A DNA stretch of 64,000 bases from Escherichia phage MIZ6. Of this stretch, positions 42,837 through 53,479 are shown piece after piece. The stretch lies in the sequence record OR192075.1, one strand, 5' to 3'. Position 1 is the first letter of the stretch. The number at the start of each line of letters is the position of its first letter. A model generated the notes under the pieces. It was not told the origin of the DNA. It made no database searches and saw only the letters and a list, made by a program, of their open reading frames with translations. The position numbers and the translations under genes are program-made.

Positions 42837-43531
42837 TATACCACCTTCTTCTTGCAGTTGTCACCATGCCATCTAACATAATTTCCCTGATTGGCTGTTT
42901 TTCCACAATGAGGACAGGTGAAATACGGACGGGACTTTGACAATTCACTATATTTTTGTTTCATTTCTGGTGTGTTATGAATACGTTTCCATTTCTCTAC
43001 GTTTTCTTGTGACAACTTTCTACCCTTACCCGCTTTAGAGATGTTGTCTCTCCATTCTTGTGTAATTTCTCTTGACGCAATATTTCTTTTATGTTCTTCT
43101 GTAAACACTCTACCTTTTAATGAAGCAGATAATTTCTGTCGATGTTCCTCAGACAATTTAATTCCTTTTCTCTTTCCTTTAGTTGCTTCTGATATTCTGC
43201 GTCTAGTCTCTTCGGATCTTTTTCTTCCTGTATGAAATTTTCTTGAAGTCTCGACCGCAAGTTTTCTTACCCACTCAAATTGTTTATTGTTATAGTTGGT
43301 AGACCCCATCAATATTTTCGCCGCATGTACAACTCCGTGATGTGTTGGATGCATTTTTGCTAAAAGTTGATGAGCAACAAAATGTTCAGACCCCGTTAAC
43401 TCCACTATATTTTCTGGACTATCATCGCCTCCCATACAACGAGGAATAATATGATGTTTTTCTTTATATCCTTCAAGCGTTCTATGCTTTGCGCGTTCAA
43501 TTAATCGATCATAATGTTTTTGATAGTCCAT
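42836..43531 (-). CDS. free-standing HNH homing endonuclease with NUMOD-type DNA-binding repeats
   Basis: 231 aa; HHIIPRCMGGDDSPENIVELTGSEHFVAHQ HNH motif; repeated SEExRRxISxxxKGK units; C-terminal CPHCG zinc ribbon; inserted between gp4 and gp53. Confidence 0.8.
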   Translation of the reverse strand: MDYQKHYDRLIERAKHRTLEGYKEKHHIIPRCMGGDDSPENIVELTGSEHFVAHQLLAKMHPTHHGVVHAAKILMGSTNYNNKQFEWVRKLAVETSRKFHTGRKRSEETRRRISEATKGKRKGIKLSEEHRQKLSASLKGRVFTEEHKRNIASREITQEWRDNISKAGKGRKLSQENVEKWKRIHNTPEMKQKYSELSKSRPYFTCPHCGKTANQGNYVRWHGDNCKKKVV

Positions 43532-43546
43532 TTTAGCACCCTTTAT

Positions 43547-43554
43547 TATAAATA
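43547..43554 (+). promoter_or_regulatory. T4-type late promoter (TATAAATA) upstream of gp53
   Basis: TATAAATACATAATAC about 33 nt upstream of gp53 ATG. Confidence 0.6.
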
Positions 43555-43586
43555 CATAATACTATTTATCAATTGAGGGTGCTAAA

Positions 43587-44141
43587 ATGCTCTTTTCTTT
43601 CTTCCCTGCCATTGAATACAACGGCAAGATGATTACTGACATTGTGCGCAATTACCGCGCATATTTCAACGCAATAATTTCTGATTATAACATACAAACA
43701 TATTACATTCAAGGGAGTCCACGACCGGAACAAGTTGCATATGAAGTATACGGAAACCAACAACTTTATTGGATCTTGCTGATGCTTAATGACGTATACG
43801 ATCCGTTCCATGACTGGATCACCGATCAAGAGACAGCATATGAATCAGCCGAACAGCGATATGCAAATGTAGGAGGAAATCAAGTATTATACCACGTTGA
43901 TATTGACGGAAACAAGTATTGGAATCTTACCGAATATCCGAAAGGATCAAGCAATTGGTATGATAAAGGGGATATTCATCATCGTCATTTGCAGTTTCAA
44001 GGTGCACTATCGGCAGTAGACACACTGGAAGATGCGATCCTCCGTAATGAGGAACGACGCAAGATCAAGATCATAGATCCTACACAAATTAAACAATTTA
44101 TTAATGCATTCATTCGAGAAATGGAAAAGGCTGATGTGTAA
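43587..44141 (+). CDS. 53: gp53 baseplate wedge protein
   Basis: 184 aa; late promoter TATAAATA at 43547-43554; synteny before gp5. Confidence 0.75.
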   Translation: MLFSFFPAIEYNGKMITDIVRNYRAYFNAIISDYNIQTYYIQGSPRPEQVAYEVYGNQQLYWILLMLNDVYDPFHDWITDQETAYESAEQRYANVGGNQVLYHVDIDGNKYWNLTEYPKGSSNWYDKGDIHHRHLQFQGALSAVDTLEDAILRNEERRKIKIIDPTQIKQFINAFIREMEKADV

Positions 44142-44152
44142 GGTGATTAATT

Positions 44153-45952
44153 ATGCTAATGTTTAATAACTCCGTTAAATGGTTTACCGGAATTGTAGAA
44201 AACAGGGAAGACCCATTAATGCTGGGGCGTGTTCAGGTTAGGATTCATGGTATACATCCCTCGCTATCCGCACACGGTGACATTCAAGGTCTTCCAACCG
44301 AAGATCTATTATGGATTACGCCAGTACAAGATATTACAAGCGCGGCGATCTCCGGTATAGGTCAAAGCCCTACTGGTATTGTTGAAGGTTCAATGGTATT
44401 TGGTTTGGCTTTAGATGAACGTTATTTAAACTGCGTTATTCTGGGTACTATTGCCGGACAATATACAGAGAAACCACTCACTACAGAGGGTTTTTGTGAC
44501 CCTTCTGGTGCATATCCTCGTTATATTGGTAATGATGTTAATATTCTTGCTCGTGGCGGTATTAACCCAGAAACCGGACAAACAACAAAACCTGATAGTG
44601 TCTATATTCGAGATGAAAACACTGGAGTTGCAGTAAATCCAGACGACGAGCCATTAGACCAAATTCCGGTTGATGATAATCCTGATTTTACAATAGAAAA
44701 AATGCTGCGGGGCGATGAGGGATATCGCGAGAAATGGTATCTTGATTCAGAAGGATATCCGACAATAGGCATCGGGCATTTGATCATTTATAAGAAAACC
44801 AGTGATCTTGGTATTATCAATAATGAACTTTCTAAGCTGGTAGGGCGTGAAGTTACAAACGGAAGACTTACCGCCGAAGAAGTTAGTAAAGTATTTGCCG
44901 ACGATATAGAAAAGACTCGTCGTGATATGCGCAAACATCCACGAATTGCACCTGTCTATAATAAATGTAATGCCTCTCGTCGCATGGCATTAGAAAATAT
45001 GGCGTTTCAAATGGGTGTTGGTGGATTGGGTAAATTTAAGAATAGTCTTGCTGCGATGTTAGCGGAAGAATGGAAACAAGCCTATGATGGATTACGTCAA
45101 TCTGTATGGGCTAACCAAACTCCAGGACGCTCCAGCCGTGTTTCTAAAATTATTTTAACTGGTAACTTAGAATCATATGGCGTAATTGCTCCAAAGAAAG
45201 AGGAATCAATTTCTGATGATCCGCGAGCACGTTTAAGAAATGCCCGTATTGCGGCCTATAAGACGCAGAGAGCAGAAGAAGACCCAGAAGCACCGTTTAC
45301 CCCACAAGACACACGAATCATGTTTAAAGAGCCTAAGAGTTCGTATTCTGCAAGGTATCCATATAACCATGTGTACGAGTCAGAGAGCGGTCATATTATC
45401 GAGATTGATGATACTCCTTCTCATGAGCGATATCATCGTAAACATCCTTCTGGTACATTTGAAGAAACCAGACCGGACGGAACGAGGGTAGAAAAGATTG
45501 AAGGCGATGATTATCTGATCGTTAAACAAGGCCGGAAAGTAAACGTCAAGGGTAATTTGCAAGTTGTTGTTGAAGGTGACGCGCAAGTTTATTATATGGG
45601 TAATGTGATGCAAACCGTTGATGGTAACGTCACTGAATTTATTCGTGGCAATGTTAATCAGACCGTTGAAGGTACTGCTAACATGCATGTTGTTGGTGAT
45701 GTTATCGCACAGCTTGACGCTAATTTGACGGCTAACGTCAAGGGTAATGCTGAATTAATGATCGAGGGTAACACTACCGAAACAATTAAAGGTAACTATG
45801 ATTTAACCGTTGAGGGTAATTTTAATATGACAGTCAATGGCACTAAATCAGATCAGGTTAATGGTGACTGGTCCCGTAATTGTGGTGCAAGCGTTAAAGA
45901 TATTGCATCTGGTACAGTTAAAATTGATGGTAGCCGTATTGATCTTGGGTGA
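44153..45952 (+). CDS. 5: gp5 baseplate hub / tail-associated lysozyme with C-terminal beta-helix
   Basis: 599 aa; lysozyme motif DSEGYPTIGIGHLI; C-terminal VxGxxxxx repeats. Confidence 0.9.
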   Translation: MLMFNNSVKWFTGIVENREDPLMLGRVQVRIHGIHPSLSAHGDIQGLPTEDLLWITPVQDITSAAISGIGQSPTGIVEGSMVFGLALDERYLNCVILGTIAGQYTEKPLTTEGFCDPSGAYPRYIGNDVNILARGGINPETGQTTKPDSVYIRDENTGVAVNPDDEPLDQIPVDDNPDFTIEKMLRGDEGYREKWYLDSEGYPTIGIGHLIIYKKTSDLGIINNELSKLVGREVTNGRLTAEEVSKVFADDIEKTRRDMRKHPRIAPVYNKCNASRRMALENMAFQMGVGGLGKFKNSLAAMLAEEWKQAYDGLRQSVWANQTPGRSSRVSKIILTGNLESYGVIAPKKEESISDDPRARLRNARIAAYKTQRAEEDPEAPFTPQDTRIMFKEPKSSYSARYPYNHVYESESGHIIEIDDTPSHERYHRKHPSGTFEETRPDGTRVEKIEGDDYLIVKQGRKVNVKGNLQVVVEGDAQVYYMGNVMQTVDGNVTEFIRGNVNQTVEGTANMHVVGDVIAQLDANLTANVKGNAELMIEGNTTETIKGNYDLTVEGNFNMTVNGTKSDQVNGDWSRNCGASVKDIASGTVKIDGSRIDLG

Positions 45953-45960
45953 GGTAACTA

Positions 45961-46527
45961 ATGGTTGAAATTCTTCCGATGAGTTCAAAATTGGAGGATA
46001 TCAGCGAGCGAGAAATCTTTGAGGTGGTGTTCTCTTATAAAGCAACGCCACCGGATGCAAATACCACATACACGATTAAAGAGTTTAAGATCAGCGAGTA
46101 TCGCCCTAATAAGGGCGTTACCGTTGAAGAAACTAAAATATCTGGTGAGTATCGGGATAGTTTTTCGCTTGGCGCGGATTCTCTTAAATATATAACGAAA
46201 GATAGAATTAAAAAATCTGCCGGAAGTTTTGATGATTTACCAGATCCAACTACCGCAGATCTATATTATTTTAACGCTCCTACACGTCTACAGGAGGTTT
46301 ATACTTATAAAGTCACCCTAACCTATATCCAATCTGTTTCAGAGTCTTCTGGTGGTTCTGGTGAAGGAAATAGTGGTGGTTCCAATAGCCGAGAGGGTGC
46401 TGGTGAAACTAATCCGCCTCCGGTAGTAACCGAACACACAATAGAGAAAGTTTATACTCAAACCGTTTTTGGAAATTGGGATGTGTGGGCGCAGCAACTA
46501 AGAGATTATGTACATAGGGGTGTTTAA
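45961..46527 (+). CDS. hypothetical protein (T4 5.1 position)
   Basis: 188-aa ORF between gp5 and PAAR-like gene. Confidence 0.55.
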   Translation: MVEILPMSSKLEDISEREIFEVVFSYKATPPDANTTYTIKEFKISEYRPNKGVTVEETKISGEYRDSFSLGADSLKYITKDRIKKSAGSFDDLPDPTTADLYYFNAPTRLQEVYTYKVTLTYIQSVSESSGGSGEGNSGGSNSREGAGETNPPPVVTEHTIEKVYTQTVFGNWDVWAQQLRDYVHRGV

Positions 46528-46820
46528 TGGCTGGATTATCCTACGATAACGCTAAAACTACAGGGCACGGAAACTACCCACCTACGGTAATTAATGCAAC
46601 TCAATCTAAGGTATTTGTTGAGGGTATCCCTGTATTAGTCGAAGGAGACCCAATTACACCACACACAAAAACAACAAAGCCTTATGATACACACGGGGGA
46701 ACTACGGTCGCCAGTACCCCGAAAGTATTTGTTACCGGAAAGAAAGCAATTCAAATGGCAGATCGTATTAGCTGTGGCGATACCGTCGCTATGGCATCAC
46801 CGAAGGTATTCATAAAATGA
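46527..46820 (+). CDS. 5.4: gp5.4-like PAAR-repeat spike tip protein
   Basis: 97 aa; ..[18 protein letters not shown].. and ..[15 protein letters not shown].. Confidence 0.65.
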   Translation: MAGLSYDNAKTTGHGNYPPTVINATQSKVFVEGIPVLVEGDPITPHTKTTKPYDTHGGTTVASTPKVFVTGKKAIQMADRISCGDTVAMASPKVFIK

Positions 46821-48721
46821 CAAAGCAAAAGATTACACAAATTCCTGATATTTTTAATGCTGCTACATTCGATGAAATTAAAAGCGCATTAACAGACTGG
46901 ATGAGAAACCAGGAAGAATTTAAAGATTTTGATTTTAATGGTGCTGGTATTAACGTATTGATGGACTTGCTCGCATATAACACTCTGTATATTCAGCAAT
47001 TCGCTAACGCCGCGCTATATGAATCTTTTATCAGAACGGCAATTAAGCGTAGTTCAGTTGTTCAAGCCGCGCAAGATTTAGGATATTTGCCAGCAAGTAA
47101 AACTAGTGCATCGACTACAATTATGTTGCACGTAACACATCCGCGAAATCCGGCAAGTATTCGAATCCCACGAGGAACTAAATTTATTGCAAGTGTGGAT
47201 CGCCAGACTTCTTACCCGTTTGTGACTACAGAAGACGTTGTGAGCGTTTTAGGTTCAAATGGTTTATATACGCCTATGCTTAAAGTCGCACAAGGTCGTA
47301 TTGTTCGTACAGAAATGTTATTTGATCCGAAGAAACAAATTCTGATCCGCGATCCTGATATTGACCGCGCTCAGGTTAAGTTGTGGGTAGATGGTGCTGA
47401 ATGGAAAGACTGGACGCGAGAAAGTATTGTTAATGCAACTGGCGCTAGTAATATTTTCTATATGCGTGAAACCGTAGACGGACATACTGAAATTTTCTTT
47501 GGTGAGGGTGAATCAACTTTATCTGCCGCTGGCGGTGCACTGGAAGCAAATTATATTGGTGGACTTAAGCCGTCAACTGGTGCTAATATTGTTATCGAAT
47601 ATATCAGCACTAAAGGCGCGGAAGCAAACGGTTCAGTTAATTTCACATACGCGGATACATTGGCATCAATTTCTATTGTTAAAATTATTGAGAATCCGAC
47701 AAATGATCGTGATTATGTCGGTGCAGATGGTGGTGGTGATCCTGAATCAATCGAACGTATCCGTGAACTTGCTCCGGTAATGCGTGAATCTCAGCGTCGT
47801 TGTGTGACTGCTTCCGACTATGAGGCTTTTGTGTCTAGCCGTTTTGGTAGTATTGTTCAGGCGGTACAATGTTTCACCGACCGAGAAAAACCGGGTTATG
47901 CTTTTGTTGCTGTTAAGCCTAAATCTGGCTTGCGCTTGACAACCGTTCAAAAAGAAGATATGCGGGATTATCTGGCAAAATATAACCTTGCCCCTATCAC
48001 GCCGAGCATCATTGACCCTAACTATCTGTATATTAAACAGAATATTAAAGTTTCCTATTCAATCAACGACTTGTCAGAATCAGAGCAGTGGTTGCGCGGT
48101 GCGGTTATTGATCAGATTGATGCATATTATACCGACGAAGTGGAAATTTTTAACCAGACCTTTAGTAAGTCTAAAATGCTTGCGCGTATTGACAAAGCTG
48201 ATGTATCTGTGATAGGTTCTAGTGCAGAAATCGAGATGGTGCGAGAGATCGACAACTTCTATAAAGCACCGATGGCTGGAATCAAGTTTTTAAACCAGTA
48301 TAAGAGCGGAATCAAGTCTAGTTCATTCAACTTCGAAAAGGACGACAAGCAATATCCAATCCATTATGTAAGTACAGAAATGAACAAAGAATCCGGTTTA
48401 GCTAAATTGCTGGTTGGACCTTTCCCTGTTGATTCTACAATCGCTTTACCGCACTATTCCGGCACTGATTTTGATAAAGAGGTTATTGACGGGGCGGACC
48501 TATACTTTGAGGTTGGAGAGGTTCAGCATTATGACGACCTTATTTCATGGGATCTGGGTAAACTGAATATCAATAGCGATCGCTTTACTGGTTCATATAT
48601 TGAGTTGACAGCTAAACCGATTGCTGATAACATCTTTACTAAAGACGGTTCTTTGATCGTGTTTGAAAACGATCTCCGTCCTCAGTACACAACTATTAGT
48701 CTGGAGGCAATTGCTCAATGA
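46817..48721 (+). CDS. 6: gp6 baseplate wedge protein
   Basis: 634 aa; ..[39 protein letters not shown].. resembles T4 gp6. Confidence 0.9.
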   Translation: MTKQKITQIPDIFNAATFDEIKSALTDWMRNQEEFKDFDFNGAGINVLMDLLAYNTLYIQQFANAALYESFIRTAIKRSSVVQAAQDLGYLPASKTSASTTIMLHVTHPRNPASIRIPRGTKFIASVDRQTSYPFVTTEDVVSVLGSNGLYTPMLKVAQGRIVRTEMLFDPKKQILIRDPDIDRAQVKLWVDGAEWKDWTRESIVNATGASNIFYMRETVDGHTEIFFGEGESTLSAAGGALEANYIGGLKPSTGANIVIEYISTKGAEANGSVNFTYADTLASISIVKIIENPTNDRDYVGADGGGDPESIERIRELAPVMRESQRRCVTASDYEAFVSSRFGSIVQAVQCFTDREKPGYAFVAVKPKSGLRLTTVQKEDMRDYLAKYNLAPITPSIIDPNYLYIKQNIKVSYSINDLSESEQWLRGAVIDQIDAYYTDEVEIFNQTFSKSKMLARIDKADVSVIGSSAEIEMVREIDNFYKAPMAGIKFLNQYKSGIKSSSFNFEKDDKQYPIHYVSTEMNKESGLAKLLVGPFPVDSTIALPHYSGTDFDKEVIDGADLYFEVGEVQHYDDLISWDLGKLNINSDRFTGSYIELTAKPIADNIFTKDGSLIVFENDLRPQYTTISLEAIAQ

Positions 48722-51700
48722 TTAAAGCGCCTAGTGTAACTAGCTTGACAATAGAAAAATTGTCTGCTAATCAGGCGTATATCACATGGGATGACGTAGG
48801 CGAAAACTTCTTTTATTTTGTGGAGTTAGCCGAAACCAGAACACGAGACGGGGAGATCATCCCCGTCGATGAGTTAAGCTGGGTAAACCTGGGATATACT
48901 GCCGAACAAAACTGGTTTGAGGATAAAAACCTTTTTCCAGAATATTATTACAAGTTTCGTGTAGCAGTAGCCGCAGAAGGATTTGAACAAAGTAAATGGG
49001 TTGAGACAGAAGAGTTTCAGACATTTAAAACAAACGCATATAATTTTTCTATGATGCGAGAGTTCAACCTTGCAAACGAGTTTATAAAGGAAAAATTTAC
49101 ATACGATAATCGAGAGTATGTCAAGTTTAATACTGACCTGATTCAAGCATCATTGATGAAGGAAGATTTTGTCTTTAGTCCTGAATATGCAAACATGACA
49201 AATATCTCAAACTACATTGTAGTTGATGAGAACTTTCATGAAATACAGGACCACATAGAAAAAGTTTGTACTGATATAAACCGCACTATGTTAGCGGAAA
49301 TGAACGGTGTTTTGTACCTTTTCGAACGGTTCCAGCCGATCGTGAAAGTGTCAAATGATAAAGGCCAATCATGGAAAGCATACAAGGCTTTTAATGACCG
49401 TGTAGGCAATCCGGTTTCCCGTACATGCGTTTATCAGTCTAAAACCACTACTTACGTTTTAGGATATGATCGAATCTTTTACGGACGACAAGCGAGCGAT
49501 ACTCGATGGAGCGCGGACGATGTTCGATTTAGTGATGATACGATCACTTTTGCAAAGGTCGGTGACGAAAACGATTTAGGCTTTGACGTTGAGGTCTTTG
49601 GTGTATTTTCCAGATTAACAGGTGATACCACAAAATACGCCGAAGCTATGGCGTGTAGTGATGACTATTTGTGGGTTGGTGCTAAAGATGTTATTCGCAG
49701 GATTCGTCTTAAGAATACTCCTGTTGATACCGTACAGGGTTCGCCTACGTTTGGAGAAAAAATATTCGATCCTGATGTTATCCGAGTAACAGGAAATGAT
49801 AAAGCTGTCATTCAGAAAATGGATGTGATCGACGGTAAATTGCTTGTATTTGTTACGGGTGAAGTTAAACAGCTTTATCAAGATCCAACTAAACCAGAAA
49901 ACGTTGTTCCGTCAGATGATGCTGGTGTATACTTAATAGGGAGTGATGGTCTGTCTTTTCAGAGAGTATTTGGCAACACTCCGCAGGAAAGGGAATATAT
50001 TCAGCATGGGTTCAGTAATATGTCAACCAATGGTGATGAGGTGTTCATAAGCCATTATAATCATCACTTCGAAAGCATTTTACCTGATCCAGAAACTGCC
50101 GAGAAATATGAATTGGGCGAAGCTGTAAAATATTCTCAGGAGCCAACTTATCTAACTGATAAGAAAATACATCAAACTACTTTCAGAGCAAGTTATGATG
50201 ATTTGCGTATTTGGGAGTTAGGACCGCAAGCGTATTATAACGAGGCTGATTATACATGGATGCGTCGAAACGGTGTCCGTGTGTGGATCACAAATGATAA
50301 TCGCCCGTTGGTTGTTTATCCAGAGGTTATCTATACTCAAGAAGTTGATACGTCTGGCATTCTTGACCAAAATAGGGTCAACCGAGAAGTTTATGATAAA
50401 GGGACCGTGACCTGTTATCTTAACAATGTTAAATTTGAAGGATTCAAACAATATGCATCCGGTGTAATGTTCCATAAAAACACAGGAGAGATCATAGGAT
50501 TCTATCAATTTAATTATCGTGTTCGTGATCAGGTTGGTGTATATTGGAAACCTACAAATGTAGCATTTGTTGCTGAATTGCAAAATCAGGTTCGAGAGGT
50601 TCCCTGGGTTCCGGTTCACTACGATCGAGAGCAAGATCCAGATTTGCGGCCTTTACTGAATAAGATGACCCCTGATAGCTTTTTACTTGAGAACGAAAAT
50701 TTCAGAAAATTCTCTGAATATTATCTGCAATTCTTAAGCGATGGTTCAGGAACATATTATAATAAACTAAAAAATCTGATTAAAAACAAATATCCACGCG
50801 AGAAAGATGCATATGAGTATCTTTGGTCAGAGATGAACAAACGAAACATCTATGCAGATAAAAACAAGCGAGATGCGGTAGTAAGATTCTTTGAATCCCG
50901 CAAATCAGATTTTTATTCCACTAAGGGCGTGGAGGCTTCTTATAAGTTCTTGTTTAAGTTACTTTATAATGAAGATGTGGAAATTGAGGTTGAATCACAA
51001 GCCGGACTAGAGTATGATATTGTTGTTAGTTCAACGAACATTGACGAGGATATCGTAGGTCGCACGATTTATACTCCAACCGGACGGGCTAACGTGACGT
51101 ATCTTGAAAGGGAATATGAAGGTGGTCGCCTACGCTGGCGAGTAACCATTCATAACCTGATCGGGCGGTTCGAAGAAGGTCAAGTGATCAAATCAGAGAA
51201 AACAGCGTTTGAAGGGATGATCCTTGTTGGTGTACGTGGTAAAGAGTTGTTGAGTAGTTCAATCGACTATATCAACCGCTCACGAAGCCAATACACCATG
51301 AAGATTAAAAGTGCATTGCCAGTTTCGCGCTATGCAAATGATGTAATGCGATTCGTTCATCCTGTCGGCTTTGGGTTTATCGGTGTTACCCTGCTTACAA
51401 TGTTCATTAACAGCGGGTTAAGCATGAAGCACACCGAGACTATAATTCAATCTCTGAAAAATTATAAGTTTGACAGCGGATTGCCTAGCGTGTATCCTGA
51501 TCGGGTGGCAGACCTTGACGTTGACGGAAACATTAAGAAAGACCCGCTTACCGGAAAAGCATTATATTTGACTTCACCTTTAATTGGTGAAGAATTTCCG
51601 GTTCCTCCTGAATATGATCAGGAGAACAGCGAATTGTTCCACGGACTTAAAGCAAGCGAACGAAGATTTGCAATGAGTCCACTGTTTGACCAGTCGGCGG

Positions 51701-51804
51701 TAACATTCTCTATGTTCCGTGAACTTGTAGATAAACGGTTGAAGGATAATATAGGGAATCCACGCGATCCGAAGAATCCGACACAGAGGAAAATTAATGG
51801 CTAA
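48718..51804 (+). CDS. 7: gp7 baseplate wedge protein
   Basis: 1028 aa (T4 gp7 ~1032 aa); synteny. Confidence 0.85.
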   Translation: MIKAPSVTSLTIEKLSANQAYITWDDVGENFFYFVELAETRTRDGEIIPVDELSWVNLGYTAEQNWFEDKNLFPEYYYKFRVAVAAEGFEQSKWVETEEFQTFKTNAYNFSMMREFNLANEFIKEKFTYDNREYVKFNTDLIQASLMKEDFVFSPEYANMTNISNYIVVDENFHEIQDHIEKVCTDINRTMLAEMNGVLYLFERFQPIVKVSNDKGQSWKAYKAFNDRVGNPVSRTCVYQSKTTTYVLGYDRIFYGRQASDTRWSADDVRFSDDTITFAKVGDENDLGFDVEVFGVFSRLTGDTTKYAEAMACSDDYLWVGAKDVIRRIRLKNTPVDTVQGSPTFGEKIFDPDVIRVTGNDKAVIQKMDVIDGKLLVFVTGEVKQLYQDPTKPENVVPSDDAGVYLIGSDGLSFQRVFGNTPQEREYIQHGFSNMSTNGDEVFISHYNHHFESILPDPETAEKYELGEAVKYSQEPTYLTDKKIHQTTFRASYDDLRIWELGPQAYYNEADYTWMRRNGVRVWITNDNRPLVVYPEVIYTQEVDTSGILDQNRVNREVYDKGTVTCYLNNVKFEGFKQYASGVMFHKNTGEIIGFYQFNYRVRDQVGVYWKPTNVAFVAELQNQVREVPWVPVHYDREQDPDLRPLLNKMTPDSFLLENENFRKFSEYYLQFLSDGSGTYYNKLKNLIKNKYPREKDAYEYLWSEMNKRNIYADKNKRDAVVRFFESRKSDFYSTKGVEASYKFLFKLLYNEDVEIEVESQAGLEYDIVVSSTNIDEDIVGRTIYTPTGRANVTYLEREYEGGRLRWRVTIHNLIGRFEEGQVIKSEKTAFEGMILVGVRGKELLSSSIDYINRSRSQYTMKIKSALPVSRYANDVMRFVHPVGFGFIGVTLLTMFINSGLSMKHTETIIQSLKNYKFDSGLPSVYPDRVADLDVDGNIKKDPLTGKALYLTSPLIGEEFPVPPEYDQENSELFHGLKASERRFAMSPLFDQSAVTFSMFRELVDKRLKDNIGNPRDPKNPTQRKING

Positions 51805-52792
51805 TGAAAATAGTGTGATCTATCGCTCAATCATTACTAGTAAATTCAGAACGGAAAAACTTCTGAATTTCTATAATTCTGTAGGCGATGAGGCAAATCA
51901 AATTACAATTTATGGAACGTTTGGACGTTCGGAGCCGTGGTCAGAAAACGAAAAAGAGGTGGGCTTTGCCCCACCTTATCCGACCGATTCAACGGCTGGT
52001 GTTGTTGACATGTGGACCCATATGATGGGGGCGGTTAAGATTAACAAATCACTTCTTGATGCGGTTATCCCTCGTAAAGATTGGGGTGATACCGGACAGG
52101 ATAACCCGCGCACATTCTTTATCAATGACATTGTTGTTGTCAACTCAGCACCATATAACAGAACTGATGTTGGTAGCGGCTGGATGGTGTATCGCGTAAC
52201 CGATGTTCCTGATCGCGGTTACTGCTCGATTTCAAGCATTGACGCTAAAGTAGAGTGTTTGAAGTTGGGCGGAAAGTGGACCCCCACTCATGAATCAATT
52301 GCGCCACCTGTAGGAAAGGGCGATTCTATTGATATGGGTGATGGGTATCGTTGGGAATATCTGTACACAATTCCACCTGATGCGGCGATCAACCGTTGCA
52401 CCAATGAACATATTGTTGTACCGTTCCCCGATGAACTGCGACAAGATCCGGCGCGTTGGGGTTATGACAATGTGATCACCTGGTATAATGACTATAATCT
52501 GCTTTATCGGCTGAAAGTAGTAACTTTGCGTTTTCAGGCTTATATGGACTCTGCGCAATTCCCAACTACCGCGTTAGTGGGTAATACTGGTTTCCGTCAG
52601 TTAAGCATTATCCTTAACCCATTGGAAAAGAAAGCACGCCCTAGCGATCCAGACGTTAAAGCGGTCAAAGATAAGTACCGACCGCAAGACTTAGAGCCAC
52701 ACTCAGGCGAAATGATCTACATGGAAAACCGACAACCTATCGTTCGGTCATTAGATCAAACAGAACTTGTTTCTGTATTGTTTGAGTTCTAA
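51797..52792 (+). CDS. 8: gp8 baseplate wedge protein
   Basis: 331 aa; synteny. Confidence 0.85.
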   Translation: MANENSVIYRSIITSKFRTEKLLNFYNSVGDEANQITIYGTFGRSEPWSENEKEVGFAPPYPTDSTAGVVDMWTHMMGAVKINKSLLDAVIPRKDWGDTGQDNPRTFFINDIVVVNSAPYNRTDVGSGWMVYRVTDVPDRGYCSISSIDAKVECLKLGGKWTPTHESIAPPVGKGDSIDMGDGYRWEYLYTIPPDAAINRCTNEHIVVPFPDELRQDPARWGYDNVITWYNDYNLLYRLKVVTLRFQAYMDSAQFPTTALVGNTGFRQLSIILNPLEKKARPSDPDVKAVKDKYRPQDLEPHSGEMIYMENRQPIVRSLDQTELVSVLFEF

Positions 52793-52807
52793 GTGTATGA
52801 TTTAAAA

Positions 52808-52827
52808 GCCAATTCGAGAGAGTTGGC
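52808..52827 (+). terminator. terminator hairpin after gp8
   Basis: GCCAATTC-GAGA-GAGTTGGC followed by TTTTT. Confidence 0.55.
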
Positions 52828-52844
52828 TTTTTCTATTTTGGGTG

Positions 52845-52872
52845 TTGACAATCTTGTCTGATAAGGTATAAT
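52845..52872 (+). promoter_or_regulatory. sigma70-like early-type promoter on plus strand, inside the late module
   Basis: -35 TTGACA 52845-52850, 16-bp spacer, -10 TATAAT 52867-52872; preceded by terminator 52808-52827; drives the three-gene MTase cassette. Confidence 0.6.
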
Positions 52873-52901
52873 GATCACATCTAAACAACGGAGGATAAAT
52901 T

Positions 52902-53159
52902 ATGGCACGTCGTAAATTTACAGATAATTGTGAAGCAATTCAGGTATCCCCTTGCGGTTGGGATGTGATCGCGAACGGTGAAAAGATCGGAGAGATCATC
53001 GATCATACTCATTCATCACTAGCCGATTACACCGATGAACTATGGGAGGGTATCAACTTCATGAATGACACTAAACGATTCAAGACTATCGACGAAGCTA
53101 TCTATTTTGTGTATAATCCAACTTTCGGTATGTGGGGTAATAGAAAATGGCACGCGTAA
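52902..53159 (+). CDS. hypothetical protein, first gene of inserted cassette
   Basis: 85 aa starting MARRKF; GGAGGA RBS; downstream of sigma70-like promoter. Confidence 0.55.
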   Translation: MARRKFTDNCEAIQVSPCGWDVIANGEKIGEIIDHTHSSLADYTDELWEGINFMNDTKRFKTIDEAIYFVYNPTFGMWGNRKWHA

Positions 53160-53479
53160 ATATTAAATTGCATTACACAATGAATAAAGCTAAGTTCCCA
53201 ATGCAAAAGCATTACTATGGTCTACGTGCACAAGATCCTAAACTCTATGGTACTCATTGGTTTTGTAAACATGATAACCAATGGCACACATACGAAGAAA
53301 TGCACGAGATGATGAAACAGGGTATTGAATTTAGTTATTCTAATTATGACCATCGTATAACTTGCATTCGAAAATTGAAACGATGGATTCGTAAGAATCC
53401 GCAATTTAAAAACTTTGTGTTCTTTATGTCTCATGTTTATTTGGGACATAGCGTTACCGTCACAGCAAAGGTTAAATAA
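53147..53479 (+). CDS. hypothetical protein, second gene of inserted cassette
   Basis: 110 aa starting MARVNI; overlaps neighbours. Confidence 0.55.
   Translation: MARVNIKLHYTMNKAKFPMQKHYYGLRAQDPKLYGTHWFCKHDNQWHTYEEMHEMMKQGIEFSYSNYDHRITCIRKLKRWIRKNPQFKNFVFFMSHVYLGHSVTVTAKVK

Noticed and set aside
43569-43829. 86-aa minus-strand ORF
   Set aside because: Overlaps the late promoter and the 5' half of gp53 on the opposite strand; no RBS.
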